Shown here: positions 24,701 through 39,878 of the stretch, one piece after another
Numbering within the stretch: the first letter of the stretch is position 1
Layout: the number at the start of each line of letters is the position of its first letter
NCBI GenBank assembly: GCA_950097015.1
Contig: CATNEN010000001.1
Span: 21,080,001-21,144,000, forward strand
DNA from: Macrostomum hystrix
Taxonomy: Eukaryota; Animalia; Platyhelminthes
DNA length: 64,000 bases
Reading direction: 5' to 3'
Notes under the pieces: generated by a model
Told to the model about the DNA's origin: nothing
The model's database searches: none
What the model saw: only the letters and a program-made list of their open reading frames with translations
Made by a program: the position numbers and the translations under genes

Positions 24701-26479
24701 AACCGATGTACTCACACACCTATGTGAGTGTGTGCTCAGGAGTCAGCGGAACGCAATAACATGTGCGTTTACGCAATCTGAGGACTGTTCGGTGTCAAGC
24801 AAATTGTGTGTACAAAACTGTGAACCTTTTCCGATTTTAAATTTTCGTGTCTGATTAAGAAGCAGCAGCACCTACACTTTAAAAAGTTAATTACGCATAC
24901 TAACACTTCTTAGTAATAGTAAAACTAATAAATTTGTACTAAGTGTATATGCTGCGTATGCTGCGTAAAACATACACTGTACCCTGTTACCCTGTTCGTG
25001 CGCACAATTTTTTTCATTTTAAAATTAAGTCGAGTCTGCAGAAATTAGAAATTAGAAAAAATAGGTTCATCCCACTCAAAAACTGGGCCATCATCGCATG
25101 CAAAATCAAGTTTGAATCATAAGTGAATCGATTCTGTTATCCAATTTGTCTCTCCTTAAAACTCGCACGTTAACAAATAAGATAGTTGGGCAATTATCTT
25201 ATTGAAAAATGAGTCTGAATCAGGGGGTCGGTGGCAGAGCGGTTATCGCGTTTGCCTCTCGCACCAAGGTCCCTGAGTTCGATTCCACGGCGAGGCCACA
25301 TTTGGGGCGCAGCCGCGGAGAGAAGTCTTGTGAGCTTGTCGTGCAATTTACGCTCTTGAGGGCCAACCTCCAAGGCACAGTGAGAGTGTACACTGCCTGA
25401 CGATGAGAAAGTCAGATGTACACACCTGTGTGAGCGTGTGCCTGCGTACAGTATCTCAGGAGTCAGCGAAATGGGCAGAATTGCCTCCTCGCTGGCTGTG
25501 GGTCTTGTGTCACTAAAACTAAATGATGTGGATTGCCCGCAGCCCTCCTGCAATTATTATTTATTATTTAAGTCTGAATCGGAATTGAATCGATTTTTGT
25601 TATCGAATCCGATAATCGATAATGAACCGAAGTTAATTCAGATATGCTATCGCGTTTGACCAAAAATTGTCGGGTGAATTTTCCAGAGGCATCAAATGAT
25701 GTGTGATAATTATCCCCTAAACAATGCAGATCCTCTTGAGCCAACGGGACACGAAGGCTGCCAGCGCCCTCCTACCTGACAGCGTGCCCGCCCTGGGCAC
25801 CTGCTTCTCGGAGCTGGCAGCCGCCGTATCCAACGCCGCGGCCAACCTCGACCCGGCCTCAGCTCTGGAGACCGCCACCTACCTCCAGGCCGTGCTGGAT
25901 CCCGTCAACGCCTGCCTGAAGGTGGTGTCGGATGTTGCTAGGAAGGCTCTGCAGCTCAGGCGGACAGTCAATAACAACACCAATAACATTGGCGGCACAG
26001 CGGCTTCCACGCTGTCCTCGGAGTCTTGCGCCGCAGAGGCCGAGCGCCTGCTAGTGACAGTGCGACCGCTGGCCGACCTCACCGGGCCCCTGGTGCGACT
26101 GCTCTGTCACGACGATCCCGAAGTTGACGAACAGTCGCTGAAGGCCCTGTCACACCTGGCCTCTCTATTTGGCGGCGAGCATTGCGATTGGCTCGGCCCA
26201 GACTGCCTTGCCGGCTTCGCCAGGGCGCTGGACGGCAATCCCAATGGCACTGGCCAGTCTAAGAGGGTGAGAATAGTGCTCAGAATTCTCAAGCGATTTG
26301 TTGCCACCTCGGCTGCAGCCAATCAGCTGGCTCCTGGCCTCCTCAGCGCCGAGTCCGCCTCGGGTGTGGAACAGCTGCGATTGGCGCTCAAGGATGCCGG
26401 CCGCCGTGCCGACAATGCCGCCGATGCTGGCGTGCGCAACCTCATCCAGGAGATTCTGGCCGGACTGGCTGGCTGCTGA
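15799..26479 (+). CDS. ULK4: ULK4/RUNKEL-family pseudokinase with C-terminal HEAT/ARM repeats, 7 exons
   Basis: Exons 15799-16872, 17105-17782, 18471-18836, 21050-21724, 22826-23146, 23834-24136, 25730-26479, all phase-0 GT-AG joins. Diagnostic MENFVLYE, KGRRKGT, EWYETTNHLWLVFELC and VAGRKHPSTAQAKQL. Confidence 0.93.
16915..17055. repeat. 23-bp minisatellite (ULK4 intron 1)
   Basis: GGATTGGGATCATGTAGGATTAC x about 5. Confidence 0.85.
17790..18400. repeat. 34-37-bp minisatellite (ULK4 intron 2)
   Basis: GAGATCTCAGTTGAGTAGCTTTGGGATTTTGGATTTT-like units. Confidence 0.93.
18945..19172 (+). mobile_element. Dispersed repeat family C, copy 1
   Basis: Reverse-complement match to 63360-63572 (e.g. 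CATAGTGGCCTATTTCCACC, AGCCCTTGAAGGTCCAGCA). Confidence 0.7.
19175..20675. repeat. 42-bp minisatellite (ULK4 intron 3)
   Basis: TTTTACAGTATTATCTAGGAAACTGACAGTAGTTTCTTAGAA, about 35 highly homogeneous units. Confidence 0.97.
21735..22770. repeat. 25-bp minisatellite (ULK4 intron 4)
   Basis: CATGCTCAAACCATCCATCATCAGC-like units. Confidence 0.95.
23182..23695. repeat. 24-bp minisatellite (ULK4 intron 5)
   Basis: GGGAATCGTACCAAATCGCATATT, about 21 units. Confidence 0.97.
24305..24752. mobile_element. Nested SINE B: a - strand copy (24330-24632) inserted into a + strand copy
   Basis: ATTTACGC is duplicated at 24322-24329 and 24633-24640. Joining the flanks restores GTCGTGCAATTTACGCCCTTGAGGGCC, as in intact copies. 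Confidence 0.8.
25222..25562 (+). mobile_element. SINE family B, full-length
   Basis: A box GTGGCAGAGCGG, B box GAGTTCGATTCC, 3' stem-loop GGCTGYGGG/CCCGCAGCC and an (ATT)n tail. Confidence 0.88.
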
Positions 26480-26574
26480 GTCTGCGTGTTTTATTGGGGC
26501 CTGGTGCGCCTGCTAGCTTCCTTGCAATTCGCTTCTCAACTACTTCTTGGAGGCCTCTGCCCACTTGCTTCTCT

Positions 26575-27240
26575 TTTTCTCTCCCCTCCCCACCATTTCT
26601 CTCACCTCCCCACCATTTCTCTCCCCTCTCCACCATTTCTTCCATCTCCCCCATTTCTTCCCTCTCCCCCATTTCTTCCCTCTCCCCCATTTCTCTCCCC
26701 CCTCCAATATTTCTTCCCTCTCCCCCATTTCTTCCCTCTCCCCCATTTCTTCCCTCTTCCCCATTTCTTCCCCTTCTCCACCATTTGTCCCCCTCTCTAC
26801 CATTTCTTCCCCTTCTACATAATCTCTTCCCTCTCCCCCATCTCTCCCCCTCTCCATCATTTCTCTCCCCTCTCCACCATTTCCCTCCCCTCTCCACCAC
26901 TTCTCTCCCTTCTCCCCCATTTCTCTCCCCTCTCCACCATTTCTCTCCCCCCTCCACCATTTCTCTTCCCTCTTCCCCATTTCTTCCCCTTCTCCATCAT
27001 CTCTTCCCCCTCCCCCAATTTCTCTTCCCTCTCCCCCATTTCTTCCCCTTCTCCACCATTTGTCCCCCTCTCTACCATTTCTTCCCCTTCTCCACCATTT
27101 GTCCCCCTCTCCCCCATTTCTTCCCCTTCTCCATAATATCTTCCCTCTCCTTCATTTCTCCCCCTCTCCACCATTTCTCTCCCCTCTCCACCATTTCTCT
27201 CCCCTCTCCACCATTTCTCTCCCCTCTCCACCATGTCTCT
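26575..27240. repeat. C/T-rich 18-21-bp minisatellite in the ULK4 3' UTR region
   Basis: CTCTCCCCCATTTCTTCC / CTCCACCATTTCTCTCCC units. Confidence 0.9.
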
Positions 27241-28284
27241 CCCTTCCCAAACCTATCCGCAGTGACATTTTCAAAGCTCTCACAGTGTCACCGTGTATAG
27301 CACGTAACAAAATTCTTGTTATGCCCCTTTTATCACCGCTTTTTGTCTATCCTACAGATTAAAACATTCTTTTAATGGATGCTTAGAAAACATAAAAGTC
27401 TGCTTGATCAATTATTGTCGCAGCGATCAGATGAAGCTAGTGAATTGACAGTTTTGTGATTTGATTGATTTAATCTATTGATTTTCTATGGCCTTAATCT
27501 AATCCACACGATGGTGCACATGTTGATGTTCCGTTTATTTGCTGACTTTAACCTGCAGTCTCAGTTGTCTGTTAATTTTTGTGTTGAATTTAGTTAATTA
27601 ATTAATTAATTACTCACTGCTGGTCAGGTAGCCAGTAGGGTCACTAAATCTTCTTAGACATTTTTTCTATTGAAATGTTTGTTCATAGTCAAATCATAGC
27701 AGTCCTTTGCTTAACTATCAGACAAATCTAGTTATGATTGGACCCTCAGACGGCTAGGAGGCAATTCTGCCAATACCGTTGACTCCTGAGTACACAAACT
27801 CATAAGTTTTTTATAATTAGTTTTTATCTATATTTCTAGTGGCTTTGCTTCATTTGAATCAGTTTGAAATTGTGGATTTTCTACTGTGTTTTTTACGTAG
27901 AGCAATCCGTCCTGTATTTGTTTGAAAAATTGCAATCATTTGAAAAATCAATTGAAAATCATTCCCAACAGAAAGCTGTGTTGTTCACTTTTTGTCCCAT
28001 TTCTATTGTTCCGTCCTAAAATGCATGCTTTTGCTTTTTCTCTGTTCCAATTGGAGTTTTCTGCTATTTAAATTTACATTTGATAATACACCAGTTCAAT
28101 TTGTTAGGCATTAGTAACGAAACTTAAATATTACAATTGTATATAGTGGCCTTTTGTAAACATCTTTATACCTTTAGAAGTAACATTATTAACTTGTCAG
28201 TTGTCATTTGTTTGTTTATTTTTCCTAGGCATTACACGTCTGTTATGAATGACTTCATTCATTAGATTTAGAGTTAGAATTTAA

Positions 28285-29050
28285 ATTATCACAGTTTACC
28301 ATTGGATTATCATATTTAACCATTAAATTATCACAGTTTACCATTGAATTATTACAGTTTACCATTTGATTATCACAGTTAACCATTGGACTATCACAGT
28401 GGACCATTGGATTATCACAGTAAACCATTGGATTATCACAGTTAACCATTGGATTATCACAGTTAACCATTGGATTATCACAGTTAACCATTGGATTATC
28501 ACAGTGAAGCATTAGATTATCACAGTGTACCATTGGATTATCACAGTGAATCATTAGATTATCACAGTGAACGATTGGATTATCACAGGTAACCATTGGA
28601 TTATCACAGTTTACCATTGGATTATCACAGTGAACCATTAGATTATCACAGTGAACCATTAGATTATCACAGTTAACCATTGGATTATCACAGTGAATCA
28701 TTACATTATCACAGGGAACCATTGGATTATCACAGTTAACCATTGGATTATCACAGTGGACCATTGGATTATCACAGTTTACCATTGGATTATCACAGTT
28801 TACCATTGGATTATCACAGTGAACCATTGGATTATCACAGTTTACCATTGGATTATCACAGTTTAATATTGAATTATCACAGTGAACCATTGGATTATCA
28901 CAATGAATCATAAGATTATCACAGTGAATCATTAGAATATCACAGTTTACCATTGGATTATCATATTTAACCATTAAGTTATCACAGTTTACCATTGGAT
29001 TATCATATTTAACCATTAAGTTATCACAGTTTACCATTGGCTAACACAGT
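28285..29050. repeat. 21-bp intergenic minisatellite (ULK4-FAM91A1 spacer)
   Basis: CCATTGGATTATCACAGTTAA-like, about 36 units, ending about 25 bp before the acceptor at 29075. Confidence 0.95.
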
Positions 29051-29164
29051 TTACTATACTTTTATTTTTCTTCAGTCACATCCTAACCGCAGTCGCAAAG
29101 ATAAGCAAGAAAGATCACTGAAATCGCTCTAAAAATCGCACAGCCAATCAGAGCGCAGCGCAGC

Positions 29165-32100
29165 ATGCGACCAGGCGAAGAATTGGAGAACTATCTTCGC
29201 CAGGGCTACACCTGGAATCGGTTGCCATCGTCTGTCAAGCAGCAGCTTGGTGGCGAACGCGAATTTGCTGGCGCAGTCTATCAGTTCGGATTGCGCAACC
29301 AGCTGAGGTTTGAGGAGCATCAGATTGGCGCCTACAGCAAGAAGCTTTTGAAGCGCTCGGAACGGCAGTACTTTGAGGATTTGGTGGCTTACAGTCGAGA
29401 GCACCTGCTGCTCTATCCCTATCACCTGCAGTCGAAGATTGCGCGGGGCCTTGGCGTCACTCCCTATCACTATTACACTGACATGGTCGAAGCCATCATG
29501 AACTTGGAGAGAAGCTACGACTGTCTGCCCAATTTCACAGCAGCCGACTGTGTCAGAATCCTTGGCATTGGTCGCAATCAGTACATCGAAGTCATGAACC
29601 AGACTAGGTCTAGCAGGCGAATCTTGGGACTAGAGATTCGCAAGAGGCGAGTTAGAGATTTCCTGCCGCAGCAGCCAGTTGAGGATGCGGTCATTCAGCC
29701 CTGGTGGCTGGTGCATGTGGGATACGTGCCCAGCGATGCCATTCAGGTGCGTTTGGGATCTGGGATTGGTGGAGGCTTACTGGGGATCTGGGATTGGTGG
29801 GGGCTTACTGGGATCTGGTATTGGTGGAGTCTAACTGGGATCTGGGATTGGTGGAGGCTTACTGGGTAGGATCTGGGATTGGTGGAGACTTACTGGGCAT
29901 CTGGGATTGGTGGTGGCTTACTGGGTGGGATCTGGTATTGGTGGAGACACAAGGGGGATCTGGGATTGGTGGAGGCTTACTGGGGATCTGGGATTGGTGG
30001 AGACACTAGGGGGATCTGGGATTGGTGGAGACACAAGGGGGATCTGGGATTGGTGGAGACACAAGGGGGATCTGGGATTGGTGGAGGCTTACTGGGGATC
30101 TGGGATTGGTGGAGGCACAAGGGGGATCTGGGATTGGTGGAGACACAAGGGGGATCTGAGATTGGTGGAGGCTTACTGGGGATCTGGGATTGGTGGAGGC
30201 ACAAGGGGGATCTGGGATTGGTGGAGACACAAGGGGGATCTGGGATTGGTGGAGGCTTACTGGGGATCTGGGATTGTTCGCAAACTCATAGACTTTGGAC
30301 TGATGCTCGGTCTCCCAGGTGTGCACTCCCAGTGAGCGTCGTCTCATTGACAGCCTCATCGACAAAAACGGCGGCCCTATAGTGGCTGGCTCTGTCGATT
30401 ATCACCTGCTGAAGTCGCTCTATTTGAAAGGATTCGTCTATTTGGACATTCCAATTGCTGATGAAGATTGCATTATTGTGCCCACATTGGAGGGCTTTGT
30501 TATGAATCGAGTTATCGGCGATTCATTTGAAAACCTGCTTTATAAGATCTTCATTTCAATTGACGAGCACACCAGTGTTGCTGAACTGGCTAGCGTGCTG
30601 CAGTCAGACCTCAATATGGTGAGCCTTGTTGGATGCTTGTCAATGCTCTAGTTGCTGCTGCTATGCACCACCTCATCCTCCTGCTGCTATGCACCACATC
30701 CTCTGCTTAAGCAACCACCTCATCCCCCTGCTGCTATGCACCACATCCTCTGCTTAAGCAACCACCTCATCCTTCTCTATTACACCCACCTCATTGTCTG
30801 AAGCACCCACCCCATCCTCCACCTAAACACCTACCCCATCCTCCACCTAAACACCCACCCCATCCTTCACCTAAACACCCACCCATCCTCCACCTAAACA
30901 CCCACCCCATCCTCCACCTAAACACCCACCCCATCCTCCACCTACTCTTAAACACCCACCTCATCCGTCCCACCTCACTCTAGGTGAAAACAGCCATCTC
31001 GCTTTTCTGCCGCCTGGGCTTCGCGTTCAAGAAGCCGTCGGCGAACGAATCCGCATCGTCTGCGGTAGCTTCGCCCTCAACGGCAGCCGGGCAGCAGGCC
31101 CAGTCAGCTGATCCGTTGGATCATCAGAGATCAGCCACTGGCGACGCTGTGCTGTGTTTAAACGGCCGGCATCCCAGTTGGGTTGGTGTACCCACAATGG
31201 CCAGGCCGCAACACAGCAATGGGCCATCTCTGTTGAATCCCACTGGTGCTTTGCCGGCATCTGCGCCGTCTGTGACTGCAGGCTCAGCCACAGTTACCGG
31301 ACATCCGCGTCTAGGCTCCATTGGCAGCGCCGGTGGCAGTTTAGAGTTGGATTCAACAGTCGCCGGAAATGAATCTTCGGCGTCCGTTGCCACGTGTCCT
31401 GGCAGGTTAAAGATTGCATTCCTGTTCGACTCCAGCCTCACGGCCTACCTGATGATGGGCAATCTGTCGCCCGGGCTGAAGAATCACGCTGTCACAATGT
31501 TCGAAGTTGGCAAACTCAGCGAGGAGAGCATGGACAATTTCTTAGCCGAATTGGACAAAGTTGAAGACATTGGCGAAGGCGAAGTAGCCAGATATTTTTG
31601 GCACGCTGTTAATCTGCGCGACACTATAGCCAGACTCAGGCATAATCCGAAGATTAACGGCGGATTAGGCCTGGATCTGTTGCGCACAGAGTCTCTGCTC
31701 AGCCTTGAGCAGGCTAGCCGGAGCCGGATCCTGGCCAAGAACTATGCCTTCCTGCTGTCTATGGCCCCAATCAGTCAGGAGGACCGCACTGTGATGATGT
31801 GCAATCCCCTACACCTGGGACCTCCTGTGCCAGAGGTGAACTCCATCTGGTTCAAGCTGTACCTGTACTGCCTGACTAGCTGCGGCCCGCCATCTCTGCT
31901 GCTGGCCAAGGGTACCCGGCTGAGCAAATTGCCTAAACAGTTGCGTCACTATCAAACTTTCCTTGTCACAGCTTGGGGTCACGATCCTAGCGAGACTCCG
32001 GCCAGTAATTTGTTGGCTACTGTCAACGATGCTCTGACCATTTCTGCGGTTCTGCTGCAAGGTGAGCTGGCCTGGATTTGGTTGTGCCGCGGAGTGGGGT

Positions 32101-32928
32101 GGGCAGAATTAGCTGTTATCGGATGGATGGTAATTAGGCTAATTAGGGTCATGAAAATGTAATGTACCGTATAGGACGCTAATTAAAGTGCTTTAAAGTA
32201 GTTAAGGTAATTACAATGGTAAAACTAAAATGCAAATGGGGCTAATTATTGCGATAAAACTCAAAGGGGAATGAGGCTAATAGAGTAATAAAACTGAATG
32301 GTGTACGAGGATAGTAAAATGAACGGAAATAGGAATGTGTGTTTTGTTGATCATAGTAATTAGAGGGACAAGTGGCTGTGGATAATTCAAGCATTCCAAA
32401 TTTCCCCAAATCCCATCTGCAGGCTACACCAGTGACTGCAAGCAGGTGAATGTACCATTCCCAACTCCTGTCACCGAACTGCCTGGCGACCAAGGCGCCC
32501 TGGTGAATCGCCTGTTCGCGGCTCTCGACCTGTCCTGCCAGTGCGGCTACATAACGTTGCTATGCGAACCGGCGCCTAGCAACGGTTGCACCCTGCTAGA
32601 TTTGCACTTTGGCATACCGCTATTTGACAGCGGCATCACCGCAGCCGTCTGCCAGGGCCTCATCGACCGCGAGCTGCTGTCTGAGCACAACAGGATGCCT
32701 CTGCTGCGCGCCAACAGAGCCCTCAGCCTGTCACTGTTGGATTTCATCGCTCAGTGGACTGGTTCCACCGCTCACCTCACAACAGGCGGTGCTGGTGGTA
32801 GGCACGGTGGCGGTGGTGGCAGTGGCCGCTCATCTGACGGAGCCGGCGCTGCCACACCGTTGCCAACTAGGAGTCTGCAGTTCTTCAACTCGCAATTGTC
32901 ATACGCTGGCGATTGTTGCTGCAATTAA
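29165..32928 (+). CDS. FAM91A1: FAM91A1 ortholog, 4 exons
   Basis: Exons 29165-29746, 30319-30618, 30984-32061, 32423-32928. Motifs LLYPYHL, ERSYDCLPNFTAADCVRILGIGRNQYI, LEGFVMNRV and TAYLMMGNLSPGLKNHAVTMFEVGKL. Confidence 0.95.
29755..30275. repeat. 29-bp G-rich minisatellite (FAM91A1 intron 1)
   Basis: GGGATCTGGGATTGGTGGAGGCTTACTGG with a ...AGACACAAGG variant. Confidence 0.93.
30655..30975. repeat. C-rich repeats, including a 24-bp unit (FAM91A1 intron 2)
   Basis: CCTAAACACCCACCCCATCCTCCA units. Confidence 0.85.
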
Positions 32929-33194
32929 CTTTCAGTTTCTCCCGTAATTTCTTGTGTTTATGTCACGGCTTGTGTCCTTTTTCTTCCTTACTGATAGTTC
33001 TTTGCGATTTGTGTACTTAAATGAATTCATTTACTTCGTTGAGATAGGCAATTGTTATTTATTTTGATGCACTTAGGAGTCATAGTTTCAGTTTGTTATT
33101 CTTTTTCTAGTTTTCGTTAATTCACTCATTTAAAATCCAGCTTTTCCTGAGTTGCACCGTGTTATACTACTAAATAAATCTCAAATTAATATGT

Positions 33195-33418
33195 TGCACC
33201 CACCTCACTCCCCTCCGCCACCCCGTGGCTGTCTATCCAGCGGGCACCCACCTCACTCCACTCCGCCACTCTGTCCCTAATTGTGCGCCCGCCACCCCGT
33301 GCCTGTCTCTCCGGCGTGCACCCACCTCACTCCACTCCGCCACTCTGTCCATAGTTGTGCGCCCGCCACCCCGTTCCTGTCTATCCGGCGTGCACCCACC
33401 TCAATCCACTCCGCCATT
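33195..33418. repeat. Short degenerate tandem repeat downstream of FAM91A1
   Basis: GCACCCACCTCACTCCACTCCGCCAC recurs four times. Confidence 0.8.
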
Positions 33419-34281
33419 GTATTAATTCGCACAACCCTTATCTCGGTGTCAGAGCACTGCTGACTTTTTTACATGAAGTTATAATTTTGAAGTCATTATT
33501 CGATGTGATTGATTGTCACGCGTGCCCCATGTCAGAACTTCGGTTGTCCCCTGTGATTCTAGATAAATCCGCTACATGCAGTAGGCCAGTCTGTTTTTGC
33601 TTTCGTTTTTGCTTTTGATGCCGATTTAATTGAATTCAGTTCAACATTTCATACTTTGTTGTCGCTATTTTCTGCTGTACTTCAGATCTATCTAAATTTA
33701 TTTCAATGTGTTTTATCACATATTTGCCCAATCACAAGTTAATTTTTGTAGAAAAATATTAACAACTACAAACTCTAATTAGCATTCCTTCTACTACAAT
33801 TTGTTTTTTTCCAGTATTGCTTAAATATTCCTTCTAGTTTCATCTGTGCAGCCATTTCAATTGTATGTATGTCTCGTATGTTGTTTTGTTGATATCTGAA
33901 TCGGGAGTTAAAACAAATTACTTTCGCTGATCAAAAGGAAAAATACAGATTTTCAATTTTCTGTAAATTCATCATGAAGTTTATACTGCTACATTAGGAG
34001 TAGGCTTCATTGAATTTAAATTCCGAATTTTGTTGCTACAGTGTTTCGGTAAAAGAATTACGTCTTCTAAATTCCCATTATCAAGTCTGTATTCGATATT
34101 TTATAGACAGGTGTGGCTGGATTAGTGATTTTGAACAAATATATGTCTACTGTTATATCCAAGTTCTTCATGTCTTGGCCATTTCTTACTTCTATGAATT
34201 ATTTTTTAATTTCTATATTAGAGCTTTTCGGAGTGTCATTTTTAACAAAGCAGATATAATGCTACAACTAGCTAGGTTCAT

Positions 34282-35490
34282 AGCAACAACCGCAGCAACA
34301 ACCGCAGCTAGAACTGCAGCTAGAACTGCAGCTAGAACTGCAGCTAGAACTGCAGCTAGAACTGCAGCTAGAACTGCAGCTAGAACTGCAGCTAGAACTG
34401 CAGCTAGAACTGCAGCTAGAACTGCAGCTAGAACTGCAGCTAGAACTGCAGCTAGAACTGCAGCTAGAACTGCAGCTAGAACTGCAGCTAGAACTGCAGC
34501 TAGAACTGCAGCTAGAACTGCAGCTAGAACTGCAGCTAGAACTGCAGCTAGAACTGCAGCTAGAACTGCAGCTAGAATTGCAGCTAGAATTGCAGCTAGA
34601 ACTGCAGCCAGAATCCCAGCGGGAACTGTAGCTAGAACTGCAGCTAGAACTGCAGCCGGAATTGCAGCTAGAATCGTAGCTAAAACCAATCTAGAATCGC
34701 AGCTAGAACTGCAGCTAGAATTGCAGCTAGAATCGCAGCTAGAACTGCAGCTAGAATCGTAGCTAGAACCAATCTAGAATCGCAGCTAGAATCAATCTAG
34801 AAACGCAGCTAGAACCGCAGCTAGAACCGCAGCTAGAACCGCGGCTAGAATCGCAGGTAGAACCGCAGCTAGAACCGCAGCTAGAATCACAGGTAGAATC
34901 GCAGCTAGAACCAATCCAGAACCGCAGTTAGAATCGCAGCTAGAACCAATCTAGAATCGCAGCTAGAACTGAAGCTAGAACTGCAGCTAGAATCGCAGCT
35001 AGAATCGCGGCTAGAATCGCAGCTAGAACCAATCTAGAATCGCAGCTAGAATCAATCTATAAACGCAGCTAGAACCGCAGCTAGAACCGCAGCTCGAATC
35101 GCAGGTAGAATCGCAGCTAGAACCGCAGCTGGAATCGCAGGTAGAATCGCAGCTAGAACTAATCCAGAACCGCAGTTAGAATCGCAGCTAGAACTGCAGC
35201 TAGAACCAATCTTGAAGCTAGAATCGCAGCTAGAATCGCAGCTAGGTCCAATCTTAAATTTAGAATCGCGGCTAGAATCGCAGCTAGAACCAATCTAGAA
35301 TCGCAGCTAGAACTGAAGCTAGAACTGCAGCTAGAATCGCAGCTAGAATCGCGGCTAGAATCGCAGCTAGAACCAATCTAGAACCGCAGCTAGAACCGCA
35401 GCTAGAATCGCAGCTAGAACCAATCTAGAACCGCAGCTAGAACCGCAGCTAGAACCGCGGCTAGAATCGCAGCTAGAACCTATCTAGAAT
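34282..35490. repeat. 12-bp intergenic minisatellite (FAM91A1-TRIM spacer)
   Basis: Perfect (GCAGCTAGAACT)n core at 34306-34575, then GCAGCTAGAATC variants. Confidence 0.97.
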
Positions 35491-35538
35491 CTATTTATAC
35501 TACTATTCGTTGCAGGTCGAGTAGTGCAGCCGCCAAAA

Positions 35539-38764
<3,226 letters not shown>

Positions 38765-39129
38765 CGAAGCTACTTTTAGTAGTATGAAAAACTCGAAGTT
38801 GTAAAATCTCAGTTCAGTGCGATTTCGTGCGATTGACTGATTCATTGAGGTCAGATTTGATACTCGTAGATAATTTACAATTTGACAGCTTAAAATCCTA
38901 ACATTTATTCAGCAAAAGTCCCAGTGATAAAAACTTTGTCCTTAAATTAAGTATTTTGCGGTTCCTGAGCTGTCTCTTGCTACCTTGCCGAGTTCGCCTT
39001 GCTAGAAATAATCTAGCGATTACTTTGTAGATTGTAATATATTTTAGGAATTTTTCGCTTTAAGAATCTTCGATTTTTGCTTTTCCCTATTTCTATAGAA
39101 AAAATACTCGAAACACGAGAATGTTACTA

Positions 39130-39835
39130 TTCAGCAATGTACTTCTTGTAAAAGTGCATAACTTATTAAAATCTAAACAAATGAAAAAATTAATAAACCA
39201 AAAATCTCTTTCTATGATGCGTAAGCGACAGCCGTTTTGTCATTTTTCAACGGTATTTGTAGCTTAGTGTTGAGAGCTATTCGGATTTCTAACTGAGCGG
39301 TCGGGAGTTCGAATCTAAGCCGAATCTTTCTTCACATCTTCCCGACCCTCCTCTATCTACCCATCTTCCCCTTTCTCTCCATCTTCCCCATTCTCCCTAT
39401 CTTCCCCTTTCTCCCCATCTTCCCATTTCTCCCCATCTTCCCATTTCTCCCCATCTTCCCTTTCTCTCCATCTTCCCCTTTCTCCCCATCTTCCCATTTC
39501 TCCCCATCTTCCCTTTCTCTCCATCTTCCCCTTTCTCCCCATCTTCCCATTTCTCCCCATCTTTCCCTTTCTCCCCATCTTCCCCTTTCTCCCCATCTTC
39601 CCTTTCTCTCCATCTTTCCCTTTCTCACCATCTTACCCTTTTTTCAGCAATACACTTCTTCTTTAAGTGCATAACTTAAAAAAATCTAAACAAATGAAAA
39701 ATTTAATAAACCAAAAATCTCTTTCTATGATGCGTAAGCGACAGCTGTTTTGTCATTTTTCAACGGAATTTGTAGCTTAGTGTTGAGAGCTATTCGGATT
39801 TCTAACTGAGCGGTCGGGAGTTCAAATCTTAGCCA
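39130..39835 (+). repeat. About 195-bp direct duplication ending in a degenerate tRNA-like head, bracketing a C/T minisatellite (39350-39640)
   Basis: 39130-39322 matches 39643-39834. Each copy has TAGCTTAGTGTTGAGAGC (A-box-like) and GAGTTC(G/A)AATC (B-box-like). Confidence 0.8.
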
Positions 39836-39878
39836 TGAGAAACTGTACCTAAGTCTCGAAAACAAAACTGCATTGCAG

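Noticed and set aside
25396-25416. Hammerhead ribozyme core (CTGACGA...GAAA) in SINE B
   Set aside because: Only 2 nt separate the motifs, so there is no stem II; CTGAC pairs with the downstream GTCAG as a plain hairpin.
16872-25730. All six ULK4 introns are phase 0
   Set aside because: Phase 0 is the commonest phase and six introns are too few to be meaningful.
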